Source: Hypanus sabinus
Taxonomy: Eukaryota
Length of the DNA stretch: 64,000 nt
Assembly: GCF_030144855.1 (NCBI RefSeq)
Contig: NC_082727.1
Coordinates: forward strand, 18,724,001-18,788,000
Reading direction: 5' to 3'
The translations under genes and the position numbers were made by a program. The notes below the pieces were generated by a model, which ran no database searches, was not told where the DNA came from, and was given only the letters and a program-made list of their open reading frames with translations. How positions within the stretch are numbered: position 1 is the stretch's first letter; each line of letters begins with the position of its first letter. This document shows, one piece after another, positions 35,160-48,844 of the stretch.

Positions 35160-36689
35160 GTAATTTTTCATTAAGTTGACCTGCTGTCAATATATTGTTT
35201 TAAGAGAAGAAACTACAACAATTAAAGATATTGGATTCTTGTAAAGGCACGGCTTCCCGTTTACACTAATCCTATTTTGTCCCCACGTTTCCACATTCCC
35301 CAACCCAACTCCAAGATTTTGCTACTCACTGAGGGACAATACGCCACAAGAAATTCCACACCTTTTGAAAGCTCTCATGAATTGCCATGGTCCACTGCCT
35401 AGTTCTGGGGGCTGAATACAATTTAGCCAAATCAATGTTTCATTAACCTATCACCTTTAGAGATATGTGCATTTATACTGTAGACCTCTGCGACCTTGAA
35501 CCGCCTTTAGAAATGAATGATATATTTCACTTTTTTCTATAGCTTGCATTTATTTTAGCTTTTAGTATGTATCTCAATGTACAGCTGTTCCAAAACATTT
35601 TATGACGTATGCCAGAGATACTAAACCTGTTGCACATTCTTAATTTTCCAACCAAAATACATAATTTTATGCTGGTAAATTTTATCACTTACACTGGCAA
35701 CCCACCAGACTGTCTAGGCCCTATTTGCCTGACTTTCAGTTTTCTTTTCTGGTATTGTAGCCAGTGTGCCTAATTCAGGGTCATATACCCTTCTCCAAGC
35801 TGAAAAACAACCATTCACTGTGCTTTGTTAAACTATCAGGATGATTTCCCCAATGCCACCAACTGGCCCCTTTGTTTGGCTAGTAAGTTTGCTTGTCATT
35901 AGTTGCTTTCTGAAAGTCTTTATTTGCATGAAGCTTGTCCTCCAACACACAATGCTGGAGGGAACTCAGTCTGGTGGCATCTGTGGAAGGGAATAATCAT
36001 TGTTTAAGGTCAAGACCCTTCATCTTTTTATTCCTGTCCAGAGATGCTGCTGATCTGTTGAGTTCCTCCAGTATTATGTGTGTGTTGTTCAGGATTTCCA
36101 GCATCTGCAGAATCTCATGTTTTTGTCTAAATCCACATCTGGTGCCTTATCATATTTTGAAATTTTGCCTCTACACTTTATAAAGTTCAATCACCATTTT
36201 GCAGTGGTGTTGAGTAAACAGCCATGTTCATTGATCTTTCTGGCAGAAAGCTTGGCCAAACTCTGGTCTTTGGTTTATCTTCTTTGTGAACAATCCCTTT
36301 CAGTGCTACGAGCCCGCACAGCCTAATTGCACCATGTGACCAATTAACCTACTAACCTGTAGTATTTGCAATATGGAAGTAAACTAGACCACCTGGAAGA
36401 AACTCATGTGGTCACAGGGAGAATGCGCCAACTCCTTAGATGGCAGTGGAATTAAACCTGGGAGACTGGCGCTATAATGTTACATTAATTGCTACACTTA
36501 TGTGCCACCCAAAATTTTTGTTGCTATAACTTGGGGTACTTTTAAGAATGTTTCCAGGCTTTGATGCTTAAGAGGATGGAGTTTGATCATTCTTTATGCC
36601 TTTCAGTGTCTTCCAGCACTCAAGACATCTACATTTCACACTTGGTATTAGCAAATCCAGTGATGTCTGGGTGGGGGGTGGGGGGGGGG

Positions 36690-38700
36690 GGGTTGCAGTG
36701 ACTATAGTGAGTTAGGGAAGAGGCTGCAGAGCATGACTGCCAAGGTAGTAATTTCTGCATTATTCCCAGTACCACGTGCTAGTCCGGGCAGTAACAGGAT
36801 GGTAGTACAGATGAATGAATGGGTAAGGAACTGGTGCAGGGGGCTGGGTTTCTGATTTCTGGATCATTGGGATCTCTTGTACATATAGGGTGGGTTACAC
36901 CTGAATTCGATTGGGACCATTATACTTGTAGTTGATGGAAGTTGTATACACACCCCGAGCAGTAGCTGGATGCAGGATATAAATCTCAATGGAGAAGTAG
37001 AAAAAAGACGGGAATAATCATGTGGGAATTTCGATGTGCATGTAGTTTGGGCAAATCAGGTTGGTGCTGAATCTGGAGAGTAAATTTGTAGAATACCTGA
37101 GATGACTTTTTAGAGCGACTTGTGGTTAAGCCCACTAGGGAATCAGCTAATCTACAGTGGGTGTTGTGTAATAAAACAGATTCAACTAGGGAGCTAAAGG
37201 AAAGGAGATAGTATAAGATGAGAAGATAAATCAGATATATCTGTATTACAGTGGAGTAGATGGCTCCTTAAGGTTGTCATAGCTGGGCTGCGTAGTGGGG
37301 TAAACTCCCAGTGGCTTGTCTCAAATGGTCTCTGACAGCCAAGTTTGGTTTCTGACCTTCACATGTGATGTGGCTTAGCTACTAAGCCTAGCGGAACTGA
37401 CTGGAAAAGGGGCAAATGCAGGTTAATGGGGCATTAAAACCAGTTGCTTTGGGTAGATGGAGCTTGTCAGCTGCAGATGGAAAACGATCATAAAACCACT
37501 GTTGCCTTGCGGCTATACACACTCATGGGGAAGACCAGGAGTATACCCTGGGGAAAAATATGGAGCTGGATTCCCTAAGGCGGTTGTACATTGAGTTCAG
37601 TGCTGACTGGCAACACTTCGCATTGCTGCTGTGCCATACTGTATCGGTCCCTACCATTCCTTTGGATTCATAGGCTGCTTGGTGAGGGGGAGCCTGCTGC
37701 ATGGGCTACAACTTGCTCTCCATATCGTACTGCCCTGGCTTGCGTATCATGTGGACGGCTAGGACGCAACATCCATTGTTGACCCTGATCAATAGAGGGC
37801 CGATGTAGAGGAATGAAAGAGGAGTGGTTCAAGGTTGATTGGAAGGGGACACTAGTAGGGATGATGGTGGAATGACAATGGCTGGAGTTTCTGGGAGCAA
37901 TCCCCACCTGTAAGAGAAATACATCTCAGAGAAAAATACTCTAAAGGCAGCATGATAAGAGAAGTCAAAGGCAGCGTAAAAAGAAAAGGAAAAGCATATA
38001 ATATAGCAAAAATTGGTGGGGAGGATTAGTCAGCTTTTTTTAAAAAAAGACAGCATAAGACAACTGAAAATGTGAGAGAAGAGATGAAATATGAAAGTAA
38101 GGTAGCCAAGAATATCAGAGGATACCAGAAGTTTATTCAGATATATCACAAGTGAAAGAGGTGATAAGGTATTGGTCAGACTACACTTGGAATATTGAGC
38201 AGTTTTGGATCCTTATTTAAGAATGTATTGGAGAGGGTCCAGAGGAGATTCACGAGTATGATTCCAGGAATGAAAGGGTTAACACAGAAAATGTTTGGCT
38301 CTGGACCTGTTCTCATTGGAGTTCAGAAAAATGAGGGAGGTTCTCATTGAGACCTATTGAAAGGCCTACATAATGTGAATGTGGAGAGGATGTTTCCTGT
38401 AGTGAGTGAGTCTAGGACCAGGCTCAGAATAGAGGAACGTCCGTATAGAAGAGATGAGAAGGAATTTCTTTTACCAGAGGGTGGTGAATCTGACTTTGTT
38501 GCCATGCATGACTGTGGAGGCCAAGCTGTTGAATATATATAAAACAAAGGTTGATAGGTTCTTGGTTAGTTATGGTGTCAAAGGATATGGAGAGAAAAAA
38601 GGCAGGAGAAAGGGGTTGAGAAGTATAATAAATCAGCTATGACGTGATGGTGGAACAGACTTAGTAGTCTGAATGACCTAATTTTGCACCCTTGTTTTAT
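36690..38700 (+). mobile_element. Fragmented CR1 LINE (ORF1, endonuclease, RT and 3' relics) interrupted by another element at about 37250-37785
   Basis: Endonuclease-like GNFDV..WANQVG segment near 37020 and CR1 3' end near 38160-38690. Confidence 0.7.
37250..37785 (+). mobile_element. RTE-like non-autonomous retroelement (tentative)
   Basis: Hairpin GGCTTAG-CTA-CTAAGCC at 37372-37388 and flanking sequence resemble RTE-family 5' UTRs from recall. Confidence 0.4.
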
Positions 38701-38816
38701 GGACTGTGCTGAATTTCACAAGTTTTATAGAATCTTTGCCATTACTCATTCTCTATATCCTGTTGAACAGTTACATTGAGTGAGCCTTTAATTTCTTGTC
38801 TTTGCTTCCCTCACAG

Positions 38817-38976
38817 AAAATGATGCTGAGCTTCCATGAAGAACAGCAAGGATTGCCAGAGAACTTCCTCGCCACCTTTCCCTCACTGATTAAAGTGGAT
38901 GTTCATTCAAAAGTGACCGATCCGAGTGTTGCTAAAAGTATGATGGGTTGTTTGCTTTCTTCCTTAAAAGCCAATG
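38817..38976 (+). CDS. OGA: OGA exon 15 ([10 protein letters not shown]...[19 protein letters not shown])
   Basis: tcacag / gtaagg boundaries; 160 nt. Confidence 0.97.
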
Positions 38977-41532
38977 GTAAGGACCAGTGTCTCCTTTACT
39001 GCAACTGCTCTATATCTACATCCATAAGGTTCATGAATCTCATGGGTATTCATTGTTTCCTGGGGCAGGCTGTTGGTATAATTTAAAAATTTCAAATAGA
39101 ATTAAAGTAATTCTCTACTTCACAGTATTTCAATGTTACTGTGTAATACTGTTGTCTGACTTTAAATACCGGTTTTCTTAAGGAAGCTGGGAACCCCAAA
39201 AAGGTAGGAAGAGAGCGGTGAACTTGGGTGGCTTGTTTAGTGCGGGGGGCTATGGTATGTTGAAAATAGAAACCTGTGCAATATTTTTGTGTGGATTTCC
39301 CTTGGTTGCTCCAGCTTCCTCCAATAGTCCAAAGACCTACCATTTCGTAGATTAGTTGGTCATTGTAAATTGTCCCAGGATTGGGCTCAGATTAAATTGG
39401 GGGATTGCTGGGCGGCATGGCTCCAGGGGCCTGTTCTGTACTGCGTGTCAATAAATAGTTCATCATTATCTGTTCTTAGAGCTCTCAGACCAAAATTCAT
39501 TGAAAGTTTCAAAGTACATTTATTATCAAAGTATCTATGCAAAATATAATCCTGAGGTTCATCCTCCTGTAGGAAGCCACGAAGCCATTTAAACCCATTA
39601 AAACATCAAACACCCAACATGTGAGAAAAGAGCAAAACACATGCAAATATTCAGATTATTGAACATCAAACCACAGTCCACAAATGACAGCTAGCAAGTC
39701 AGTTCAGTTTAGTGACTTCAGGCCTCAGCTGTAGAGCCACTTCTGCACTGAATAGTCTTGATGAAATTGTGCAAATAACAAAAACCTAACCCAAAACACA
39801 TGGAGCATGAATCTCAGATTCCTCCAAAAATGAGTTCACAACTGCGGAGCATGTTCAGTGCCGAGGACATTACATATTAAACTGCAGAATCCCATAGCCA
39901 TGAGCTGCGCCAAGGCAATCGAATGGGCACCTTCCTCTGGCAGCAGTGAATGGCAGATTGCACTAAACCCCCACTCGTCTTCAGCTCTTGTTCTCATTAC
40001 AATCTTGCTTGGTGAGGAGTAATAGAGCCAACCATTTCATCTTGCACCATTGGGAAACGATGGCTGCACTCTCCACTCTCAATGTCATCAAAATGTAAAT
40101 TATTGGATGCAAGCAATCGCAGTTCAGGAGAAGCATATAAGTAGAAGTGATTTTTTGAGCTGTTGGTTGCGTCGGTCACTGGCACCATCTTGTATCTTCA
40201 CATGCATTTCTGACAAGTGATAGAAGTTATGGATTTTAGTTATGTTGGCTCCTCTTATCTATGTAACCTTTAATTCTTTGAATCCTGTAGAGCGTTTAGC
40301 TGAGGTGCTTAAATATGTACTTTGTTTTGTGTTTAGTAGCTCTTGCAGTGCCTGTGGCTTCCTGGTTTATAATCTAGTAGTTTATCTGGTCTATTGTAAA
40401 CAGCAAGTTTTCAGATAATGTTAATTTAAATCATTACCCAATCTTTAGTTGCATGGCTTTTATGTAAACATTAAATATCAGGACTGCAGCCATTGGCAGT
40501 TCCTTTGCAAGTAACAACATTGGGTTAAGCTGATAACTAAAACCACTGGCAGAGGAAAAATTGATTCTCTCCTGCAACAAATGGTAATGATGAGTGTGTG
40601 GCTCACAGCTGACATTTCAGAGTGTCAGCCTGTCAGTAAGAGAGTTCATTCTCTGCAATTCAACCCCCAACCTCCCGGGCATTCTCCACTGGGCAGAAGA
40701 TACATAAGCCTGTGAACACGTACCACCAGGCTTGAGGTCAAGTTCTGTGCTGCTGTTATCAGATTCCTGAACAGACATCTTGTACGATAAGACGGACTCT
40801 CAGCTTCACAATCTTTCTCGTTCTGATCTTGCACTTTATCAGTTAGCTGTACTACACTTTTTTGGTAGCTTTTACACTATTCTCCATTGTTATTTCACCT
40901 TTAATCTAGCTGAATGCATGTATAGTCTGATCTGTATGAACAGTATACAAGACAAGTATTTCACTATCAGTATATGTGACAATAATAAGCCCACACAAAA
41001 GTCAGGAATCCATAAATCAATGGGTCTTGTGTGTCCCTAAGACAGTGGGGGGGGGGGGGGGGGCCTTTGGTCCTGTCACAGTCGATACAAGGATGAACCT
41101 GCATGCACTTTAACATAAAATTTATTTAGCACACATTACATAGCGAACATCAAGACATTTCACAAGACATTACAGGGTTAACACAAGTACCGAGACCCGG
41201 TAGAGTAGTGGTTAGCACAACACCCAGGTTCTGTTCCTGTCGCTGCTTGTAAGGAGTTTGTGCATTCTCCCCGTGACCGTGTGGTTTCCCTCCGGGTGCT
41301 CTGGTTTCCACCCAGTCCAAAAGACATACTGGTTGGTGGGTTAATTAGTCATTCTAAATGGTCTCATGACTAGGCGAGGGTTTAATCGGGGGTTGCTGGG
41401 TGGCCTGTTCCACACTGGCTGTTAAACCCTCCTGAGGTCAGCAGGCATGAGTGCTTCGCCTCCTACATGTGAATGTTGGTGATGCCATTTTCCACTGCCA
41501 GCTGTAAACACTATTGTTTTCTTCCCATTCAG

Positions 41533-41669
41533 GATCTCGAGGAGCGTTCTGTGAAGTAAGACCCAATGACAGGCGTGGTTTGGAATTCTACAGCAAGCTG
41601 GGCTTCCTGGAGTTGGCCAGGATGGAGGGATTCCCAAAAGAGATGTTGGTGCTGGGAAGGAATTTGTAA
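41533..41669 (+). CDS. OGA: OGA last coding exon ([45 protein letters not shown])
   Basis: attcag acceptor; matches the vertebrate OGA C-terminus; TAA at 41667-41669. It is not in the + ORF track and was found by reading. Confidence 0.96.
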
Positions 41670-43107
41670 CGGGCAGCCTCTTCATTGTAGTGTAATTAAA
41701 GGATGTGTATAATTAAATGTATCTAAATTTAGCCTTAAACTGAATAATGTGTTCAGTAATATTTTATATTTTAACTTTTTAAAATGTGCAATACACAGTG
41801 AGCTCCAGAAGGACCTTTTGAAGGTGGTGACCCTCTACTGATGCAATAACAGCATTATCTTGTCTCCTTTTCCTTCTGATATTTCAATCCAGTCCTTCAT
41901 CCCCACCCCTGCCCTCTTCACATCTCCCACACAAATATTGGACAACTGACATGTTTCCGGCCTAGAATGGGGAACCTGGTGGCTCAGTCCACTGTATCCT
42001 TGCAGTGATGAAGAGAGCTATTCAGATTCTCCACTGCCTGACAGCAGTCCTTGATCACAGTATGGGCTTGCTCTTAAACAAGTACTTTGCTGTCACAACT
42101 TGGCTCTGTCTATGACCAATCCTGTGCTGGAGTAGTTGGGGTCCTTGATCCCTGGAGCTCAGTTCATTTACACTAACTGAGATTTTCGGGCTTCAGCTGG
42201 CAATTGCTCTCTGCAGCTCATGCACATCTGTGAAAACTAATGATCTTTCAGTACCTCTGAACGCATTTTGTATGTGGTGATTCTCAGTCTGAATGGTTAA
42301 TGGAATTGCTCTCTGCAGAGAGGAACAAGCTAAATGTTGAAAATGAGTGTCACACTGCTGGGATGCACACTGGGTCTTAGTTTCTGTAGAGAAGGATGGG
42401 CTAATAATTTGGGTGCATCAACTTAATTAAATGTACATGAAATGTTTGAGTGTGATGGGAGAGCTCCCTGTCTGTATACCATCTGAAGATACCCTGACTG
42501 GGTTTACTGGCACTTACTGAAAGCAAGCTAGCCTGAGTTCCTTTAACCCTATCATTGCTGTCTGCTGTTTGAGAGCTGATGCCTTTGTAAACACTAGTGG
42601 GGCTTATGTAGGTTTCAGTCTGAAATGTGAGTGGTCTCAGCAGCTGGCTCACGGTGAATGGGGTTTCGAGCATCTGTAGCCGCCCATGGATGATGTAAGG
42701 GGAGCCCCTTGCCAGGCCATTTGAAAAGCTGATCCCTAAACAACTTGCAGTGAATTAGAGAAATGAAGAGCATTAACCTTATTGCAATTGAGTAAAACAT
42801 CCATGGACTGGACAATGAAGCTGACATGTCAAATTCGTCTTTAGACACGTGGCCAATTCATCTAAAAGAATTACAGCTGCTGTCATGATGAGTGATGTTG
42901 GGGCTAGGTTCATAGCTTGAAGTGGTGAGAACCAGCACCAGGAATGCATTGCTCGGCGTCTTGTGGCAAAACAGCTCCTAACGCTTCAAACTGGAAAGGG
43001 TGCAGAAAGGATGCCCCTCCCCAACTTGAGGGACAGTTGTCAGAAGGGGCTGGCCAGGCTAAGACTTTATTTTGGAAGCAGTGTTTAAAATCATTAAGGA
43101 TATAGGT

Positions 43108-43414
43108 CATAGGTGTCAAACTCAAGGCCCATGGGCCATATCTGGCCCGCGAGATCATTTTAGATAGATCTATTATTTTAATTATTAATGGCCCGGCGAT
43201 ATGAAGCTTATGATTGTAAGTTAATACCAATCATAAAAATAATGCTTGCTCAGCAGTCTTCATAAGAAACGGAATTTGTGAAGTGAAACACTTTGTAGTT
43301 ATAGCAGAGACTGAGACACATGAGAACAGGCTGAAAAAACGGAGGCAATGAAAGCTGCGTTCGCCCGCGCCCGACTGATCCGGCCCGTGACCTAAAATGA
43401 GTTTGACACCCCTG
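43108..43414. mobile_element. hAT-type MITE, 307 bp
   Basis: TIRs CATAGGTGTCAAACTCA and rc CAGGGGTGTCAAACTCA; 8-bp TSD atataggt/gtataggt (7 of 8 match). Confidence 0.85.
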
Positions 43415-45429
43415 GTATAGGTAGTGAATATCTGCTGTCTTATTCCCCTGTGGGGAGTGCACAAGGCATAGGTTTAAGGTGAAAGGGGAAAGACCTAATA
43501 CTAACTTGAAGGTCAATTATTTTTACACAGGGTGGTAAGGAAATGGTTGAGGCAGTTCCTGTTGCTGACATTGAAGAGGCACTTTAATCACAAAAGTTGA
43601 GGGATATGAGTCACAGGTGAATGGGACTAGCTGGGATGGGTATTTTGGATAGACTAGATGAGTTGGGCTGAAGAGCATGTTTCTATGTTGAATGATTGTC
43701 ATCTTTCACTATGCTTGCCCTGCAGACCATACAGTTTAAGGTGTTAAAGGCATGAATAACTTGTCTTTAACACTTTGCTGCCCATTATGTAGAGAAAAAT
43801 GTCATTGAAAATCCAGAGATCTGGGCAGGTGATACGATTAGATGCCCTATATGTTACAAATGCAGATAATCTGTGCTGATCTGTGTAAAATGTGTGCTGT
43901 TTCCTCTGTTAAACATTGCCTATACAAAAGTAAACATCTTTGTGGCTGGGGAGTGCTTTAGGGTGACCTGGAATTGTGTATATGAACATCATTGTGCAAG
44001 TTTGAGTGAAGCTTCCTTTCCCACCTGCATAAACATTACATTCTCTCAGACCACCTTGTCAGTTCATGCACCTCCTTTAATTCTTACAATGAGAGGGCTC
44101 AGTTCACCAGAGGTGTCCGGTGGAGAAGCAGATTGAATGGAAGGCTTCAAATTGGCCAAGAACTGACTGCAGGGAATTGCAAGCTGAAGTACTGCTGTCT
44201 GAATCTGCTTCGCCCTGTCACAACATCTCTTGTTTTCATAATGCTTCTCTGAATCCACTTCCTGCCACCAGCCACATACACACATGCTAGGCTTGCCTAG
44301 ACACGGTGGCAAACACCAGTTAGGCTCGGCGCTTGGTACAGCTGCTCCTCACCCTGCGCTTTCTTCCATCTCCCCAGGTGTTTCCGGTTGAGGGAAGTTG
44401 GGATGTGGTTACAGTGGTACTGCTTTTCTGGTGTGAGGGTGGCATTTTACACTTATTTCCACAAACTGCACCAGATTTCCAACTGGGTTTTCCAATTCCA
44501 TGGGAGTTTTGTGTGCACTCCGGTAAAAATGAAACTGCCATATCCAGCATTGAAAAAGCTTTAACTTAAATAAATCTGAATTTTTTTTAAAGTCTGAGTT
44601 TACTGGCTCTGGTGTCTCAGGAGATGATGAAACTGGGGCAAAAACTTACCACTCACTGACTGCCCTGGCTCCTGGAAGCAGAGCCTCCAGCTCACAATAG
44701 AATTGCCTCAGTTCAGTGTGGTCATACTGAAGTTTTCAATATTATACCAACATGGGTACATAGTCACAATGTTACCAATGCATGTTTACAGATTTAAAAG
44801 GAGCAAATAAAATGAAAACATTTATGCTATTCCCCACCAGTAACTGCAGCCTCTGATTGTTCAACTATGATGGGAAAGGAGAATGGTTTAACATTGCTTT
44901 TTGTTAACCACTGATCTAAAAGTCAAAGTAAATTTCTTATCAAAGTATGTATTTGTTACCATATGCTACATTGAGATTAATTTTCTTTGAGGCATGCACA
45001 CAATAATAGAAGTTACAGGAAAAAAAAATGAGACAGATCTGTCTTCACCCTTCATTTTGGCCAACCGTGGTGCTGTCAGCAAACTTAAATATGGGGCTTT
45101 GAAGCTGTACTTGGGTCTCAATCAAAGTTCGAGCGAGCAGGTGGCTGAGCATACAGCCTAGTGGTACACCTGTGCTGGTAGAGATTGTGGAGGAGATATT
45201 GCTGATGTGAACTGATTGGGGTTTGCAAATAAAGGAGATTGAGGATAGTTGCTTATTGAATTCTTCTAATTTGAATAAATTTTTGCTGGTTCATCCAAAA
45301 AACTTGTTGGAATTATGTATAGTTATTCATAAATTCAATTCTATTTTTCTTTTGCTTAAATGCCTACAAGAAAATGACACTCATGGTCACTTGAGTTATG
45401 ACTGTATGACAAAGGACAGCTCCAATGCA

Positions 45430-47240
45430 ATATTCAAGTTTGCTGAGACATCACTGATGTAGACCGAATCAAAAGATGGTGATGAATCAGCATATAGGAG
45501 GGAGATTGAAAAGCTGGCTGAGTGGTGCCACAACAACTTAATGCCAGCAAGACCAAGGAACTGATTATAGACCTAAGGAGAAGGAAACGAGGGGTCCATG
45601 AGCCAGTCCTCGTTGGAGGATCAGCAACTTGATTTCGGAGGACTCGTCCTGTGCCCAGCATCTAAGTGCAATTAGAAAGAAAACCTCTACGTCAGGAGTT
45701 TGCAGAGATTTGGCATGACATCTGAAACTTTGACAAGCTTCTATAGATATGTAGCGGAGAATATATTGACTGGCTGCATCACAACCTGGTACAAATAACT
45801 GCCTGGTCCATTACAGGAAAAGAGCACATCTATATGAAACACTTGCAGGAAAGCAACATTCATCACCAGTGATCACCCCCCGGATATGCTCTCTTCTCAC
45901 GACACGCATGCGAAAGAAGGTACAGGAGCCTCTGGTCTCCTTCTTTCTTTTTAAAATCTTTTTATTAGTTTTAAACAAACATAAATGAAACATGAATACA
46001 AAATGTTTGAGAGTACATAATTAATAGTTTAAATAGACATTCAGATGTATAATAAAAATATATAACCTCTCAAACTCAGAACATTAATGAACAAAGAAGT
46101 AAAAAAAGAAAAAAAGAAAACCCCCAAAAAAAGAAAAAAAAACACTAACCAACATGGGCAATTGAATAATATTAAGTACATATACAGTAGTGCCAATAAC
46201 TCCAAACCTCCATCCAATTAATTAAGGATAATATAAGTAAGGTTTAGAAAAAGACAATTCAACTCATGTGAAAATGTTGAATAAAAGGTCTCCAAGTTTC
46301 TTCAAATTTAACTGAAGGATCAAAAACCACACTTCTAATTTTTTTCTAAACTCAAACAAGAAATAGTTTGAGAAAACCACTGAAATACAGTTGGAGGATT
46401 AATTTCTTTCCAATTCAATAAAATAGATCTTCTAGCCATTAATGTAACAAATGCAATCATTCATTGAGATGAAGCGGATAAACGATTATTATCCGTCATT
46501 GGTAAACCGAAAATTGCAGTAAGAGGATGCGGTTGAAAATTAATATTTAAAACTCTTGAAATAATACTGAAAATATCTTACCAATAATTTTGTAAACAAG
46601 GACAAGACCAGAACATATGAGTCAATGAAGCAACATCAGAATGACATCTATCGCAGGTTGAATTAAGATGAGAATAAAATCGAGCCAGTTTATCCTTAGA
46701 CATATGAGCTCTATGTACAACCATAAATTGTATTAGGGCATGTTTAGCACAAATAGAGGACAAATTTACCAATAATAAAATTTTAAGATGATCATGAATT
46801 TACAGTACAGAATTTAGATGTATCAGAAAAAAATAAAAAGGAATGGCAAGAAAAGCTGCATTGTCCTATATCTACTGAGCAATGGGAAAAAATTTTATTA
46901 TTGGTAAATTAGCCTCTGGTTTCTCATTACCAGGTTCAGGAATAGTCCCTACCCCTCAACCATCAGGCTGTTGAACTAAAGGGGATAACTTCACTTGTCC
47001 CATCATTGAAATGTTCCCACAACTAATGGACTCACTTTCAAGGACTCTTCATCTCATGCTCTCAATATTTACTGCTTATAAATATTTTTGTATTTGCAGT
47101 TTGTTGTCTTCTGCTCTCTGGTTGAACGCCCTAGGTGGACGGTCTTTCATTGATACAGTCATTGAGTATGCCATTAGAAAATGAATCTCAGGATTTTATA
47201 AGGTGACATATATGTACTATGATAAATTTATTTTGAACTT
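45430..47240 (+). mobile_element. Rex1/Babar- or L2-like LINE 3' fragment hosting an L1 insertion
   Basis: VAENILTGCITTWY-like coding; the sequence resumes after 46911 across a duplicated target site. Confidence 0.7.
45940..46910 (-). mobile_element. 5'-truncated L1-clade LINE with inverted 5' segment and 13-bp TSD
   Basis: ORF2 C-terminal Cys-rich motif CDRC..ASLTHMFWSCP (46578..46772 -); AATAAA on - at 45961-45966 with an A-rich tail; TSD AGCCTCTGGT(C/T)TC at 45927-45939 and 46911-46923. Confidence 0.88.
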
Positions 47241-48482
47241 TGAACTTTACATGGTAACTTATGCAGTACATAGTTCAATAATTTTGACTTTTTAAAAGTT
47301 TGTGTTTAAAATAAATTTTTGTTTATTGTCATCCCATGCCCAAAGTTACCTTAGATCTGTGTTCACTTACAAACTTTCTGGTGGTGGATCACTGCAGCAA
47401 CCAAGATCCTAGCAAGCCCTCAAATTAGGTGCCCAGCAAAAGCCATGTGGCGTGGAGGGTAGAGTTGCTGCCTCAACTAGGTTCCTAGGTTCAATCTCAA
47501 CCTCGGTTGTTGCCTTCATGGAGTTTTATGCTCATTGTTATAATATGCTCCACATTCCTCACACTTCCCAAAGACATGTAGGCCAGTGGGTTAGAAGCTG
47601 GGGGGGGGGGGGGGGGGGGTTGATGATGTGAAATTCAGAATTGATAAGTGCTTGATAGTACGAGATGGCCAGACACTTGCTCTTTCTGGGTTCAATGGGT
47701 CTCAGCCCAAAATGTTGACTGTTTATTCCTCTCCTTTGATGCTGAGTTCTTCCAGCAGTGTGTTTCCATGGGGAAGGTTTATTTCTGTCCACAAGGCAGA
47801 GACAAATCACTTGCTTAAAGTTAGACTGTAGCTCAGTCCATCTGGTCAGGGTACAAACAGCATAGTCCTGCCCCTCACGTGAAGGGGAATCTAATGCAGC
47901 CATCTCTTTAATTTTTTCTGAAATTAACCCACCTAAGTACTTAAATTTGTTTTTTTATGGACACCATATCAAGACTGAATAAATAAAAATAAATAATGGA
48001 GCTGAGATGGCCTCCTCCCGCTCAACTGCAGCAGTGTTGAATTGCTGAAATTCTCTGCCTGCGCGGACAGTGGAGGCTCAGTCAATGACGGAGGACGAGA
48101 TTCCTGGATATCGGAGTTGAGGGATATGGGGATAAGGCAGAGAAACAGGACTTGGGTAGGTCACTCACTGGTAGAATAGTGCAGGAGGGTTGAGGATCCA
48201 AATAGATCCCTCCTGCTCTCAATTCCATAAGACATGGGAGCATAATTAAGCTCCTATGGCTGATATATTATCCCCCTCAACCCTTTTCTTCTGCCTTGTC
48301 TCTATAACCTTTATTGCCTAATCATGAACCTATCAATCCCTGCTTTAAAGACTGGAGTGGAAGAGGACAGAAGCTGGGTGGGGGGGGGTGGGGACGGTGG
48401 CTGCAGTAGGGCTATAAGCTGGTAGGTGCCCATGTTTGGGATCAGATTGCCTGCCTTACCCCCCCGAGAGTGGTAACACCCT

Positions 48483-48844
48483 TCACCAGTCCCTCTCCTG
48501 TGGCTTCCTGTACACCAGCCCCAATTGTTGGAAGATGGCCTCCTCGGTGGGCGTGGGAACAGTGTGGCCGTAGCTGACTTTGGTCCTACCCTCCCTCAGC
48601 ACCTGGCTCTTTAGCGAGTGCTCGGACAGGCTCATGTTCTTGGTTTTGGCCAAGGCGCGCATGGAGCGGTTGAAGTATGCGGAGCCAGTGAAGTACATCA
48701 GGGCACAGGCAAACTCCGTGTACGGTACCACGATGATGTCAAGCCTGCGGTAACGGCGCCCGCACCCTGGCAGCCGGCAAACACCCAGATACTTCACCTG
48801 GTTCCTGTTCTGTTCTTGGCAGACCAGGTCATCTGTGATAAACC
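48483..48844 (-). CDS. POLL: DNA polymerase lambda last coding exon ([20 protein letters not shown]; ends ERDW*)
   Basis: ttgcaag acceptor on -; third catalytic Asp in RRLDI and the YFTG motif; ORF 48483..48851. Confidence 0.97.

Noticed and set aside
33147-47620. Several long poly-G runs (for example about 33147, 34571, 36680, 41046, 47598) as functional G-quadruplexes
   Set aside because: They are simple homopolymers, prone to slippage and sequencing error, with no consistent position relative to exons.
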